Below, piece by piece: positions 41,343-53,160 of a stretch of 64,000 nucleotides of DNA. The stretch lies in the NCBI RefSeq assembly GCF_009914755.1, contig NC_060948.1; one strand, written 5' to 3'. The first letter of the stretch is position 1, and the number at the start of each line of letters is the position of its first letter. Under the pieces are notes generated by a model that worked only from the letters and a program-made list of their open reading frames with translations, was not told the DNA's origin and made no database searches. This stretch comes from the human T2T-CHM13v2.0 reference genome, Homo sapiens. Made by a program: the position numbers and the translations under genes.

Positions 41343-41775
41343 TTTTTTGGAACAGGGTCTCGCTCTGTCATCTAGTCTGAAGTGTGGTGGTGCAATCATA
41401 GCTTACTGCAGCCTTGAACTCCTGGGCTTAAGCAATCTTCCTGTGTTAACTTCCTGTGTAGCTGTGAGCACAGACATGTGCTACTACTCTGAGCTTATTT
41501 ACTTATTTTTTCTTTTGAGACAGAGTCTCGCTCTTTTGCCCAGGCTGAAGTGCAGTGATGTGATCACAGCTCACTGCAGCCCTGACCTCCTGGTCTCGGT
41601 CAATCGTCTCACCTCAACCCCCTAAGTAGCTAGGACCACAGGGGCATGCCACCTTGCCCAGCTAATTTTTTGTAGAGACAGAGTTTCACCATGCTGCCCA
41701 GAATGGTCTTGAACAACTGATGTCAAGTAATATGACCACCTCAGCCTCCCAACGCAATGGGATTATAGGCCTAAG
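41343..41775 (-). mobile_element. AluJ-like dimer plus an extra right monomer
   Basis: Antisense right monomer 41343-~41500 abuts a near-complete antisense Alu ~41505-41775. Confidence 0.8.
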
Positions 41776-41790
41776 TGAAATAATTATGAA

Positions 41791-41855
41791 AATTATTGTA
41801 TAAATAATTTTTTGTATAAATAATTTATTGTATAAAAATTAGTGTATAAATAATA
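41791..41855. repeat. ~16-bp tandem repeat, 4 copies (ttgtataaataattt)
   Basis: tgtataaa recurs four times at ~15-16 bp spacing. Confidence 0.8.
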
Positions 41856-42039
41856 AGTAATGATTGAATGAAGGAACAGAAATTAACTTGTAAAATAATT
41901 TTTTTGCATGGCCAAAACATTTTAACTTATGTTAAATTGAGGAAGAGGCGGAAAACTGTAGTTAGGGATCTGTTGTAGGAATAAAAATACAAGATAATGA
42001 TGAGGCACACTGTGTGAGGAAAAAGAAGGGATTTCACTT

Positions 42040-42460
42040 TCTCTGTAAAAACATTATTAAGCACATACTCAATGCTAGAAACATGCTAGAACACAAGGAA
42101 ATGATAAAGACTGTTTATTTTTTTAAGGAAATATCACTAGGCAGGAGATGCAATGGGAAAACCGTGGAAGATCGGTCAGTCAAAACAGCTCAAAGGATTC
42201 AACACTCCTATGAAAACAATGCCACAATTAAAGGAAGAGGGAAGTTGGTAAGAGGAGTTGGTATCAAGAACAGGATGACTAATTTGTTTTGAGGCTTGCT
42301 GAAATTTAAGTGGTTACAGGGCAGCTGGTTGAAAATATCTGAGAGAACTTTGGAAATGTGAATATAGAGCAAAGGAAAGAGACCAAATTGCAAATATCTG
42401 TTTAGGGAATAACTTGCATGGAGGTGATAATTAACACTTGAGAGATTGGATTAGTCCATG
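42040..42460 (-). mobile_element. L2 remnants
   Basis: Weak resemblance to antisense L2 (ttattaagcacatact; gcatggaggtgataattaa). Confidence 0.35.
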
Positions 42461-42479
42461 GTAGGAGAAATCAAATGCA

Positions 42480-42755
42480 AAGCTCGATGAAAAATCAACT
42501 CACAAAAAAGCAGATTAGTAGGAGAAAAAGCATACAAAACTTACTTAATCATGAGAATCGGGAGAATCATAGAGTGACTCCTCAATATCTCAACTGAGTA
42601 CAGAAACCTATATGCTATCTTGAGGTTACAGAAGGAATGGGGGCTTGTATTACCCCAAGACAATCTATACGAAGGGGAGAAGAGGAATTCCATTGAAAGC
42701 CAATATGTGATTACTAAGGAGAATGATTGGATCAGGAAACAGAAATTAACAGAAA
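42480..42755 (-). mobile_element. ERV1 LTR fragment (MER34/39-group-like)
   Basis: cagattagtaggagaaaaagcatacaaa resembles the motif at ~3025-3055. Confidence 0.45.
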
Positions 42756-43302
42756 TTTCGATCACCTCTGCAACAAATTACCATAAATCTAGTGGCCATG
42801 AGTCTGGGCACAGCATGGCACAACTAGGTCCTCTGTTTGTGTCTCATAGAGAAAAATCGATGTGTTTGCAGGGCTGCGATTTTTACTGGAGGCTTGAGCA
42901 GGGAGGAGCAGAAGGGTCCTGCTTCAAGGTTACTGAGGTTATTGGCTGAATTCAGAACCATTCAGTTGTGCAACTAAGGCCAACATTTCCTGGCTGGCTG
43001 TCAGCTAGGAGCCTGTTTTTGCTGATAGTCACAAGTGTGCCTATGTTCTTTCTCATGATCTCTGTATGGCTTTCTCCAGCAAGAGAAGGTTGAGTTTCTC
43101 TAATGTTTTCCATATCGATTTTTCTTCTGCCACACAATTGTCCCCACTTATCTATGGGAAATATATTTCATGAATCCTAGTGGATGCCTGAAACTGTGGA
43201 CAATATCAAACCCTATATATGTGATGTCTTTCCTTGGACATACATGCCTATAATAAAGCTTAATTTATAAATTAGGCACAGTAAAAAATTGACAGTAATA
43301 AC

Positions 43303-43656
43303 TGTCATGGTTTGACTGTGTCTCCACCCAAATCTCATCTTGACTTGTTGCTGCCATAATTCCCACATGTCATGGGAGGGATGTGAAGGGAGGTAGTTGA
43401 ATCATGGGAGCAGGATTTTCTTGTGATGTTCTCATGATAGTGAAAAAATATCATGAGATCTAATGATTTTATAAAGGTGAGTTCCCTTGCACAGGCTCTC
43501 TTGTCCTGTAAGGCACAACTTTGCTTCTCCTTCACCCTCCACCATGATTGTGAGGCCTCCCCTGCTCTGCAGAACTGTGAGTCAATTTAAACCTCTTACC
43601 TTTTTAAATTACCCAGTCTGAGGCATGTCTTTATCAGCAGCATGAGAACAAATATA
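43303..43656 (+). mobile_element. THE1B/C-like solo LTR inside MER44
   Basis: Complete LTR with perfect TSD ataac (43298-43302, 43657-43661). Confidence 0.9.
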
Positions 43657-43923
43657 ATAACTAATCATATATCAAATAATAATCAATTATTCTAATAAAA
43701 GAAAAGAATTATAACAATATATTGCAATAAAAGTTAAATGAATATGGTCTCTCCCTTTCTCTCTCTCTCAAAATGTCTTATTGTAAAATACTCAATGTTA
43801 CTGTGATTTTGTCATGTTACAATACCCACATGATTAGATGAACTGAGGTGGAAAACAGGCATCATGAAGTAGTGTTAGTCTTCTATTGACTTTCTGATAA
43901 TATGTCAGAAAGAGAATTATCTG

Positions 43924-46900
43924 GGAGTGGGGCCAATATGGCCAACTAGAAACATCCATGATCAGAGGCTCCCATCAAAAAGAACCGTAATTAGTGTGTG
44001 AAGCCTTCACTGGCAACCAAGGTATCTAGATTTTCTCATCAGAACTGACTGGGCAGCTGATGTGCTCCACAAGAAGAAAGAGCAGTGTGGCGTGGTGGTC
44101 CACTTGAGAGCCATACGGGGCAAGGGAGCCCTCACCCCTCAGCCAAGGGAGGCAGTGAGTGAGCATGCTGCTGAGCTGGAGAAAATCTGCTTTGTCCACA
44201 GAACTGTGCAGCTCTTGGATTGGAAGATCCCACTTGTGAATCCACAACACCAGGGCCTAGGGTCTGAATCCTGGAACCATGCAGATTTTTAATAGCCTCT
44301 CAGCTGGAATTGGCCTAAGCCTGCCAAGCTCCCAAGGGGAGGGCCAGCCAGCATCACAGCTGCTGCTGCATGCTGCTTAAGTCCTTTGAGCTCCTTGGGA
44401 GAGGGGCAGCAGCCAGCACTGGGACTGATAACTGCCTAACACACAAAGCTCCCTGGGTAACAGAAGGCCAGCATTCATCTCTATTGCTCCAGGCCATGCT
44501 TTTTCCCTGCTTCAGCCAGGGATACAGGACCCCAAGAAGCATCCCCCCAGCCCAACACACCAACTGTGGCAGATTGCGGCCAGAGCTCCTCTTCAGGCCT
44601 GACCCTGCCACATCGTTTCTCACTGGATGGGGCTCAGGAACTCCAACAACTCTGGCCAGAGACTCAGGGACAACTCTGGCCAGAGCCCCTACAGGGAAGG
44701 GTGGTTGCAGTCTCTGTGGACCAGCAAAATTAGTCTTTCCTCCTGGTAGTTCTGAGGGATCCAGGCAGCCCAGATGAATGGGTTTCCCTCATCAAAGCAC
44801 ATCTCCTCCACAAAGGGGTAGTTATATTACTTCACCAAAAAGGTGCTGTTCCCCATGCCACCCAACTGGGTGAGACCCTCTAACAGTGGTAGTCAGGCAC
44901 TCCATATATACAGGAGCAATCCTACAGGCATCAGATTGGTGTCATCAAGGTCAGAGATCCCAGAAGAAGACCAGGCACCCATCTTCATTGTTTTTCAACC
45001 TCTTTGAGTGACATTTCCAGGCACTGGAGTGAACCAGATGAATAAGGCCTGAAGTGAACCGCCAATAAACTGCAGCAGTCCTGCAGAAGAGGAACCTGAC
45101 CACTGAAAGAAAAACAAACTGAAAGCAACAATCACAGCATCAACAACAACAAAAAGTTCCCAGAAAAAACTCATCCAAGGGTCAGCAGCCTCAAAGATTG
45201 AAACTACACAAACTCATGAAGATGAGAAAGAACCAATGAAAAAAAATGCTGAAAACCCAAAAGGCCAGAGTGCCTCTTATCCTCCAGATGATGGCAATGC
45301 CATTCCAGCAAGGGTGCAGAACTGGACAGAGGATGAGATGGACAAATTTATGGAAATAGGCTTCAAGAAGATGGACAAATTGACAGAAGTAGACTTCAGA
45401 AGATGGACAATAAAGAATTCCACTGAGCTAAATAAGCATGTTCTAACCCAAGGCAAAGAAGCTAAGAAACTTGATAAGAAGTTAGAGGATCTGCTAACTA
45501 GAATAACCAGTTTAGAGAGGGACATAAATGACCTGACATAGCTGAAAAACACAGCACAAGAACATCATGAAGCATACAAAAGTATCAATAGCCAAACTGA
45601 CCAAACAAAAGAGAGGATATCAGAGTTTCAAGACTACCTTGCTGAAAAAAAGGCATGCAGAGAAGATTACAGAAAAAAATGAAAAGGAGAAAATAAGGCC
45701 CGAAGAAATATGGTATATCATAAAAAGACCAAACCTACTATTGATTGGAGTACCAGAAGAAGATGGCAAGAAGAGAAACAAGCTGGAAAACAGACTTCAG
45801 AATATTATCCAGGGAACTTCCCCAACCTAGCAAGACAAGCCAACATGCAAGTTCAGGAAATACAGAAAACACCGCTAAGATACTCCACAAGAAGATCAAC
45901 CCCAAGATACATAATCATCAGATTCTCCAAGAATGAAATGAAGGAAAAATTGTTGAGGGCAGCCAGAAAGAAAGGCCAGGTCACCTACACAGGGGAGTCC
46001 ATCAGACTAACAGTGGACCTCTCAGCAGAAACACTACAAGCCAGAAGATATTGGGGTCCAATATTCAACACTCTTCAGGGAAAATATTTTCAACTCAGAA
46101 TTTCATATTCAACCAAACTAAGCTTCATAAGCAAAGGAGAAATAAAATCCATTCCAGACAAGCAAATACTGAGGGATTTCATTACCACCAAGCCTTGCAA
46201 GAGCCTTGCAAGAGCTCCTGAAAGAAGCGCTAAATATAGAAAGGAAAAACTGGTACCAGCCACTGAAAAAACACAGGATTTACAAATAACTTAAATAAAT
46301 GTATAAGAAAATAGCAAACAACTCCTTCAAAAAGTAGGTAAAGGATACCAACAGACACTTCTCAAAAGAAGACATTTACACGGCCAAGAAACATGAAAAA
46401 AACTCAATATCTCTGATCATTACAGAAATGCAAATCAAAACCACAATAAGATACCATCTCACACCAGTCTGAATGGTGATTGTAAAAAAGTGAAGAAACA
46501 ATGTGTGCTGGAAAGGCTTTGGAGAAAGAGGAAAGCTTTTACACTCTTGGTAGGAATGTAAATTAGTTCAAACATTGTGGAAGATGGTATGGCAGTTCTT
46601 CAAGGATCTAGAATCAAAAATACTTTCACCTCAGCATTTTATTACTGGGTATATACCTAAAGGAATATAAATCATTCTACCATAAAGACACATGCACATG
46701 TGTATTTATTGCAGCACTATTTTCAGTAGCAAAGTCATGGAACCAACCCAAATGCCCATCAATGATAGACTGGATAAAGAAAATATGGTATGTATACACC
46801 ATGGAATACTCTGCAGCCATAAAAAAAAAGAATGAGATCATGTTCTTTGCAGGGACATGGATGAAACTGGAAGCCATCATCCTCACCAAACTAACACAGG

Positions 46901-47160
46901 GTAGAAAAGCAAACATCACATATTCTCACTCAAAAGGGGAAATTGAACAATGAGAACACATGAACACAGGGATGAGAATAACACACACTGGCACCTCTTT
47001 GTCGGGGGTGGGGTGGGGCAAAGAGAGAAAACTTAGAGGATGGGTCAATAGGTGTAGCAAACTACCATGGCACATGTATACCTATGTAACAAACCTACAC
47101 ATTCTGCATATGTATCCCAGAAGTTAAAGTAAAATAATTAAAAAAAAAAAAGAAAAAGAA
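43924..47160 (+). mobile_element. L1PA8A/L1PA10-like LINE-1 with 5'UTR, ORF1 and 3' end but lacking ~3.2 kb (most of ORF2)
   Basis: 5' ggccaatatggccaactaga; ORF1 from 45222; jumps at ~46275 to the late ORF2; 3'UTR cttagaggatgggtcaatagg; TSD agaaagagaattatctg (43907-43923) / agaaaggttatcatctg (47326-47342). Confidence 0.9.
45222..46275 (+). pseudogene. Disrupted L1 ORF1p
   Basis: Fragments NFPNLARQANMQVQEIQKTP..STPRYIIIRFSK..IRLTVDLSAETLQARR; stops and frameshifts present. Confidence 0.85.
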
Positions 47161-47330
47161 AGAAGAGAAAGAAAGAAAGAAAGGAAGAAAGAAAGAAAGA
47201 GAAAGAGAGAAAGAGAAAGAAAGAGAGAGAGACAGACAGGGAGGGAAGGAAGGAGGAAGGGAGGGAGGGAGGGATGGAGCGAGGTAAGAAAGAAAGGGGA
47301 AAGAAAGTAGGACAGAAAGAGAGACAGAAA
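47139..47330. repeat. Purine-rich tract expanded from the L1 poly(A) tail
   Basis: A-run grades into GAAA/GAGA/GGAA/GGGA units. Confidence 0.85.
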
Positions 47331-47937
47331 GGTTATCATCTGCTTTGAATGACCCCGGACCACAGAACCATGACTAGCCCTAATGATTTTCCTAACCACG
47401 ATTGACTTCTGTTAGCAGAAACCACAAATAAAGGATGACTACTCTATCTCACTCCCTCCTAGCCAGAGATAGGTCCCTACATTTAAGGGCTCATGGGATT
47501 AGATTGAGCACACTCAGATAATACAGGATAATCTCCCTATTTAAATATCACAGCCTTAATTATATCAGCAAATTTCTGTTGCCATGTAATTAATATAATA
47601 TATTCATATGTTGCAGAGATTAGCTTGTAGACATCTCTGGGGGGACATTCAGGTTATTACAACCATGGAAGAGATCATTTGGCCATCAGGATCACAATGC
47701 ATTCATTGTCTGTAGAAGACTTAACTCACCAAGAAAGTATGCCTCTAGACTGATTATGCCCCTACTTACAAAGCAGCCCTTTGAAGATGGAGGGAAAGTG
47801 AAGCATTGCAGATGGAGTAATAATGTTTATGCTTAGGGGAAGTCAAGTATATTCAGATGGTATTATGCATCCCCAAGAGACATGTGTTGTTTCTTTTTCA
47901 TCATTTCCATAGATGTTAAAGCTATTACTTTTTAAAA

Positions 47938-48179
47938 TATATTTAATTTGCTGGGACTGCCATCACAAAGTACCCCAAGCTGAATGGGTGGGTTAAACGA
48001 CAGAAATTTATTGCCTCACAATTTCAGATGCTGGAAGTCCCAGATCAACATGTTGGCAGAGGTTGTTCCTTCCAAGGCCTCTCTGGCTTGTAGAAACTGT
48101 CTTCTCCCTGTGTCCTCATGTGGCCTTTCCTTTTTGTTGGCATCTAATCTCTTATGATGACACCACTCCAGTTGGATTA
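47938..48179 (-). mobile_element. MLT1A/B-like LTR fragment
   Basis: gactgccatcacaaagtacc ... cagaaatttattgcctcaca ... gctggaagtcccagatcaa. Confidence 0.75.
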
Positions 48180-48311
48180 TGATATGGTTTGGCTGTGTCC
48201 CCACCCAAATCTCATCTGTCACCCAGGCTGGAGTGCAGTACTACCATCAAATCTCACTGCAGACTCAACCTCCTGGGCTCAAGGAAAACAGTATGAAAGC
48301 AGACTAACACA
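48180..48311 (+). mobile_element. THE1 LTR termini enclosing a ~69-bp antisense Alu fragment
   Basis: THE1 5' end 48180-48217, Alu 48215-48283, THE1 3' end 48286-48311. Confidence 0.8.
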
Positions 48312-50639
48312 ATGGGCAAGTCAGTCAGACTGCCTGGAAAACCAACTGTGCCGATGTAAAGCTTTGTAACCTCAGTCAAGGCACTTTCTTTAACTGGACA
48401 TCTCTTTGCCATCTTGCTCTGTCCTCACTGGGTAAATTCAGGCTTATCAAGTCAGCAAATGAGAGATCAGTCCTTGACAGGAGTTTGAAATTCACATTCC
48501 TTTGGGGTCAGAAATAAAAATGTGGTCAGTTGTAGGGGGTGTAGCATATTAATGGGTTTGTTTTTGGCTCAGAATACTTATAGGTTGAACATTTTAAAAA
48601 ATCCACTATGCATAGCAAATAATACGCATTTGTGAACTTATACAGGTCTATTTGTCTTTTTCTTTTGCCCCAGAGCCAGCCTTTCCCTGTATTAGTCTTC
48701 CTATGTCTCAGTTGAAACTACTCTTAAGATGTCAGTGATGGGACACTGAATACCTTGTGCATGAGTTTTGTTTGAGAGGGGGGTTAATCCCGTCCTTAGT
48801 GTCCATGACAAAGGTGAAAGAGTAGTTATTTGGTAAAATCAAGACAGCAGAGGTTGGGCAGTGCATACAGTGACAAATAAATAACATTTTGGTCCATCTG
48901 CCTTCTTGCCACCCTCTGCTCTCCCTTGAGAGTTTCTGGAGCAATATTTGGGAATCTTATCCCTCCCTGTCTTTAAGGATTCTCTCTCTTCCTCCATTGA
49001 ATCCCTGTTTGGGTCCTCGCTCAGTGGAAATGGTCTCTGGCTCATTGCATTCTATCTTACCAACATTTCCATTATCTTTACATAAAAGCAAACATACAAA
49101 ACAGAAAAAGCACTCATTGCTGATAGCAATGATTTAAGAGAGGTGACATTTTAAACTCATTGTGTCAACTACACATATGAAGATATTGAACATGATGAAT
49201 GAAAACTAGATTTCCGTATGAAGGGGCTAAGGATGCTCTCTCTGATGTCTCTCTTGGCATTGGATTTTGCCTACTGATGCCTGCCCACATGACCTGGTCT
49301 CACTTCCATCCCCTGCACCTTTATGTCTGATAGCATTCATGTGAAGTCAGAGTACAATATGCCTAGCACAGCAGGAACAGATGCTGAAACAACTGAATGT
49401 AATCATTTTTGCAAACACATGCATAGCTACGAAGGTCATGGTTGTTCCTACAGGAATTTGCAATTCCTTCTACACTGTGGAGATTAGAATGACAGGAAGG
49501 GGCATTATACTTTCTTTTCCTGGCATGACCACTGTTTTATGGCTGTGCTATGACAGTGTCTCACTTTTATTGCCAAGGAATTGTGCCAGATCCATTGAGC
49601 AGTGGAAGCATACTCAAGCCAGCAACTGTGTGTGGCAACTCTAAGTATCTATTGATGTCCTTTCTGACAGCAGGTTGTCTTAGTGACAACCCACATCTCC
49701 ATGGTATATATGGACTTGCTACCACAAGCTTATAGGTGTATGTTTTTTGCTTTTTGTTCCTGTTGCAGCTATGCTTCTGCTAATATCTTTCTTTAAATTT
49801 CCATTGCCATGAATATTGGCCCTATCAGTACTTATTTAAATGGATTTCTCACTGCACCACATCGTGTAGACATTCCTAATATGATACTGCTCATGATGTT
49901 ATTATATGCTCAATATGTTATTATATTTTCCCCCAAATGCTGATAAAGATAGATTTCCATTTTCATGTTTATGTGACTATATTTGAAAGTGTTTGGAAGG
50001 TGATGGAATTGAATAAAAATTAAATGATTTTAAAATCAGTTAACATTCATTACAAAAGAAACACAACTGTATAAATTCTCATTTTAAGTAGTTTTGCAAA
50101 CAGTAATTGTTCTGCTAATGGATATATTGAAAATTGTTCATCAATTGAACAAAATGATCATTTAATAATGTAACATAATTTGTCACCATTTTTATTTTAA
50201 AAGGCATTTTCCTATGACTCAAGCAGCAGTTTCTATGAGTTCTAAACTATGTTTCTCAGTGATCCAAAAAAGAATTGTTTCTGACATATTCTTCAAAGAG
50301 AATTTTGAATTTGTGGGCACTGAAAAATGAAATTCTGCTCCAGTGCTGACCTAGTTTGGGTTAAAATAATTTATTTCCCTGTAGAGTTGTTTAAAGGCTA
50401 GGAAAAGATAAGGTACTGAGGAAAGGAAGATTGCCTTTAAGAAGTCATTGCAAAATTCATAGAGGCATATAATTATAGAACTTGAACTGAACTTAAAGTC
50501 AGTGTAGTCTCATCCCATAATTTTAAAATAAGAAAAAATAATGACTCGAAAGGATGTTTTGACTTTTTTTTTAAGTGGTTTTTACTATTTTGAGGATCAC
50601 AGAGACTTGGAGCATCTAATTAGAAGTATGAGGCCTTAG

Positions 50640-50762
50640 AATTACTTGATACCAGGAATTTGAGGCTGCAGTGAGCCAAGATCATCCCATGGCACTCCAG
50701 CCAAGGAGAGAGACTGAATCCTTTTCTCAAAATAATAACAATAATAATAATAATAATAATAA
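50640..50762 (+). mobile_element. Alu right-arm fragment with (AAT)n tail
   Basis: ttgaggctgcagtgagccaagatc ... cactccagcc. Confidence 0.8.
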
Positions 50763-50978
50763 GTCTGTCTCTGGAACAATACATAAGCGAATAACTCTCT
50801 ATGGGATTTTTGGGTCTTTCTATAGATTTTTATCACACTAAAGTTTTACTTGAGAACCTTGAGAATCATCAGATATTCCTGACAAATTTCTTTAATTGGT
50901 TTTAAAAGCATGGATTTCAGGATGGAGAACAATGATTTAGGCCTTCATCCCTAGAATTCCATTTAAAACAAAACTTTC

Positions 50979-51260
50979 TGCTGGGTCCTGTGGCCAGAGT
51001 AATCTCAGCACTTTGGGTGGCCAAGGCTTGCAGATGGCTTGACCTCAGAAGTTGAAGACCAGCTTAGGCAACATGAAGATAACCCATCTCCATTAAAAAC
51101 ACAAAAATTAGCTAGGCATGGTGGCACGTGCCTGTGGTCCCAGCTGCTGGGAAGGCTGAGGCAGAAGGATCACCTGAGGCTGGGAGGTCGATGCTGCAGT
51201 GAGCCATGATTGCATCCACTGCAATACAGTCTGGATGACAAAAAGAGAGAAATAAAAGCA
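50979..51260 (+). mobile_element. AluJ-like element
   Basis: Dimer flanked by taaaacaaaact at 50964-50975 and 51261-51272. Confidence 0.85.
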
Positions 51261-51392
51261 TAAAACAAAACTGCCAGTCTCTGTCTCAAAATATTAACAT
51301 TTGTATCTCAACAGATTGTCCACTTTCAAATGACAGTTTACAATTTATAACTGACATTAGTTACATTGAAATTATCCATAAGTCCTAATTGG

Positions 51393-51852
51393 TTTCTTCA
51401 TTTCTTATTTCTTCTCTTCTTTTTTCTCCTCCTCCTCCCCCCTTCTCCTCCTCCTTCTCTTCTTCTTCTTCTCCTCCTCCTTCTTCTCCTTCTTCTCCAT
51501 CTCCTTCTTCTTCTCCTCCTCCTCCTTCTCCTTCTTCTCCTTCTCCTTCTTCTTCCTCTTCTTCTCCTCCTCCTCCTCTTCTTCTTCCTTTTCCTGCTCC
51601 TTCTGCCCCTCCTCCTCCTCCTGCTGCTGCTGCAGCTCCTCCTCCTCCTTCTTCTTCTTTCTTCATCTTCATCTCCTCCTCCTCTTTCTACTCCTCCTCC
51701 TCTCCTCTTTCTTCTTTCTTCTTTCTCCTACTTCTCTGCTGCCTCCTTGTTCTTCTTCTTTTTCTTCTTTTTCTTCTTCTTCTCCTTCTTCTTCCTCCTC
51801 CTCCTTCTTCTCTTTTTCTTTCTTCCTCTTTTTCTTTTTCTTCATTTTTTTC
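51393..51852. repeat. ~460-bp polypyrimidine (CTT/CCT) triplet tract with a short CTG run
   Basis: Read directly. Confidence 0.95.
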
Positions 51853-52130
51853 ATACTCATGTTTCCATTATGGATACTTGTCAACAAGAATGGAAAAATA
51901 AATGAATCTTATTTTATCCACAAGATGATCACCATCTCCTGAAGAACAGGTAGTATAAATATTTCAGTGTATAAGAATCTTTCCTGTTCCAAGCTGCTTT
52001 GTGTATAGTCTCCACCTTTCAGATCTGAATCCTATTAGAAGGAACATCAATATGCTTAAGGATATTCTCATGATCTTCAAGAAGGTGAAAATAAAAGTAT
52101 TTTTAATTGATGCTTAAATTTCATAATTTT

Positions 52131-53160
52131 GGGGGAGGAGCCAAGGCGGCTGAATAGGAACAGCTCCAGTCTACAGCTCCCAGTGTGAGCAATGCCAAAG
52201 ACAGGTGATTTCTGCATTTCCAACTGAGGTACTGGGTTTATCTCACTGGGGAGTGCCAGACACTAGGTTCAGGACAGTGGGTGCAGTGCACTGTGTGTGA
52301 GCTGAAGCAGGGCAAGACATTGCATCACCTGGGAAGTGCAAGGGGTCAGGGAATTCTCTTTCCTAATCAAAGAAAGGGGTGACAGATGGCACCTGGAAAA
52401 TCAGGTCATTCCCACCCTAAAACTGTGCTTTTCCAACAGGCTTAAAAAATGGCACACCAGGAGATTATATCCTGCACCTGGATTGGAGGGTCCTATGCCC
52501 ACGGAGTCTTGCTCACTGCTAGCACAGCAGTGTGAGATCAAACTGCAAGGCGGCAGTGAGGCTGGGGGAGGGGCGCCTGCCAAGGCCGAGTTAGTTGTTT
52601 GATTAGTTAAACAAAGTGGCCCGGAAGCTCAAACTGGGTGGAGCCCACAACAGCTCAAGGAGGCCTGCCTGCCTCTGTAGGATCCACCTCTGGGGGCAGG
52701 GCACAGACAAACAAAAAGACAGCAGTAACCTCTGCATATTTACATGTCCCCCTCTGACAACTTTGAAGAGAGTAATGGTTCTCCCAGCACACAACTTGAG
52801 ATCTGAGAACATTCAGACTGCCTCCTCAAGTGGGTCCCTCACCCCTGAGTAGCCTAACTGGGAGGCACCACCCAGTAGGGCTGGACTGACACCTCACATG
52901 GCTGGGTACTCCTCTGAGACAAAATTTCCAGAGGAACAATCAGCAGCAGCATTTGCAGTTCACCAAAATACGCTGTTCTGCAGCCACCGCTGCTGATACC
53001 CAGGCAAACAGGGTCTGGAGTGGACCTCTAGCAAACTCCAACAGACTTGAACCTGAGTGTCCTGTCTGTTAGAAGGAAAACAAACAGAAAGGACATCCAC
53101 ACCAAAACCCCATCTGTACGTCACTATCACCAAAGACCAAAGGTAGATAAAACCACAAAG
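52131..53160 (+). promoter_or_regulatory. L1 5'UTR internal promoter relic (CpGs largely decayed, YY1 core mutated, ZNF93-target segment retained at ~52913-53039)
   Basis: ccaaggcggctg replaces consensus ccaagatggccg; the segment between the two actcc copies (52908, 53035) is present. Confidence 0.7.
52401..52583 (-). pseudogene. L1 antisense ORF0 remnant
   Basis: Translation AGAPPPASLPPCSLISHCCAS... matches the primate L1 ORF0 N-terminus; start codon is TTG and it stops after 60 codons. Confidence 0.85.

Larger units (their letters stand above)
43136..47446. mobile_element. MER44-like (Tigger7-derived) element in pieces 43136-43302, 43657-43923 and 47326-47446
   Basis: TIR-like ends caattgtccccacttatc and ataaaggatgactactcta; interior tggatgcctgaaactgtgga, tttataaattaggcacagtaa. 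Confidence 0.75.
42765..47661 (-). mobile_element. MLT1D/E-like LTR split into 42765-43135 and 47447-47661 by nested insertions
   Basis: gcaacaaattaccataaatctagtggc at one end; tttaagggctcatgggattagattg ... caggataatctccctattt ... gacatctctggggggacatt at the other. Confidence 0.75.

Noticed and set aside
51366-51905. Overlapping poly-L, poly-S/P and poly-E/G ORFs
   Set aside because: Translations of the CTT/CCT tract, open in many frames, with no coding context.
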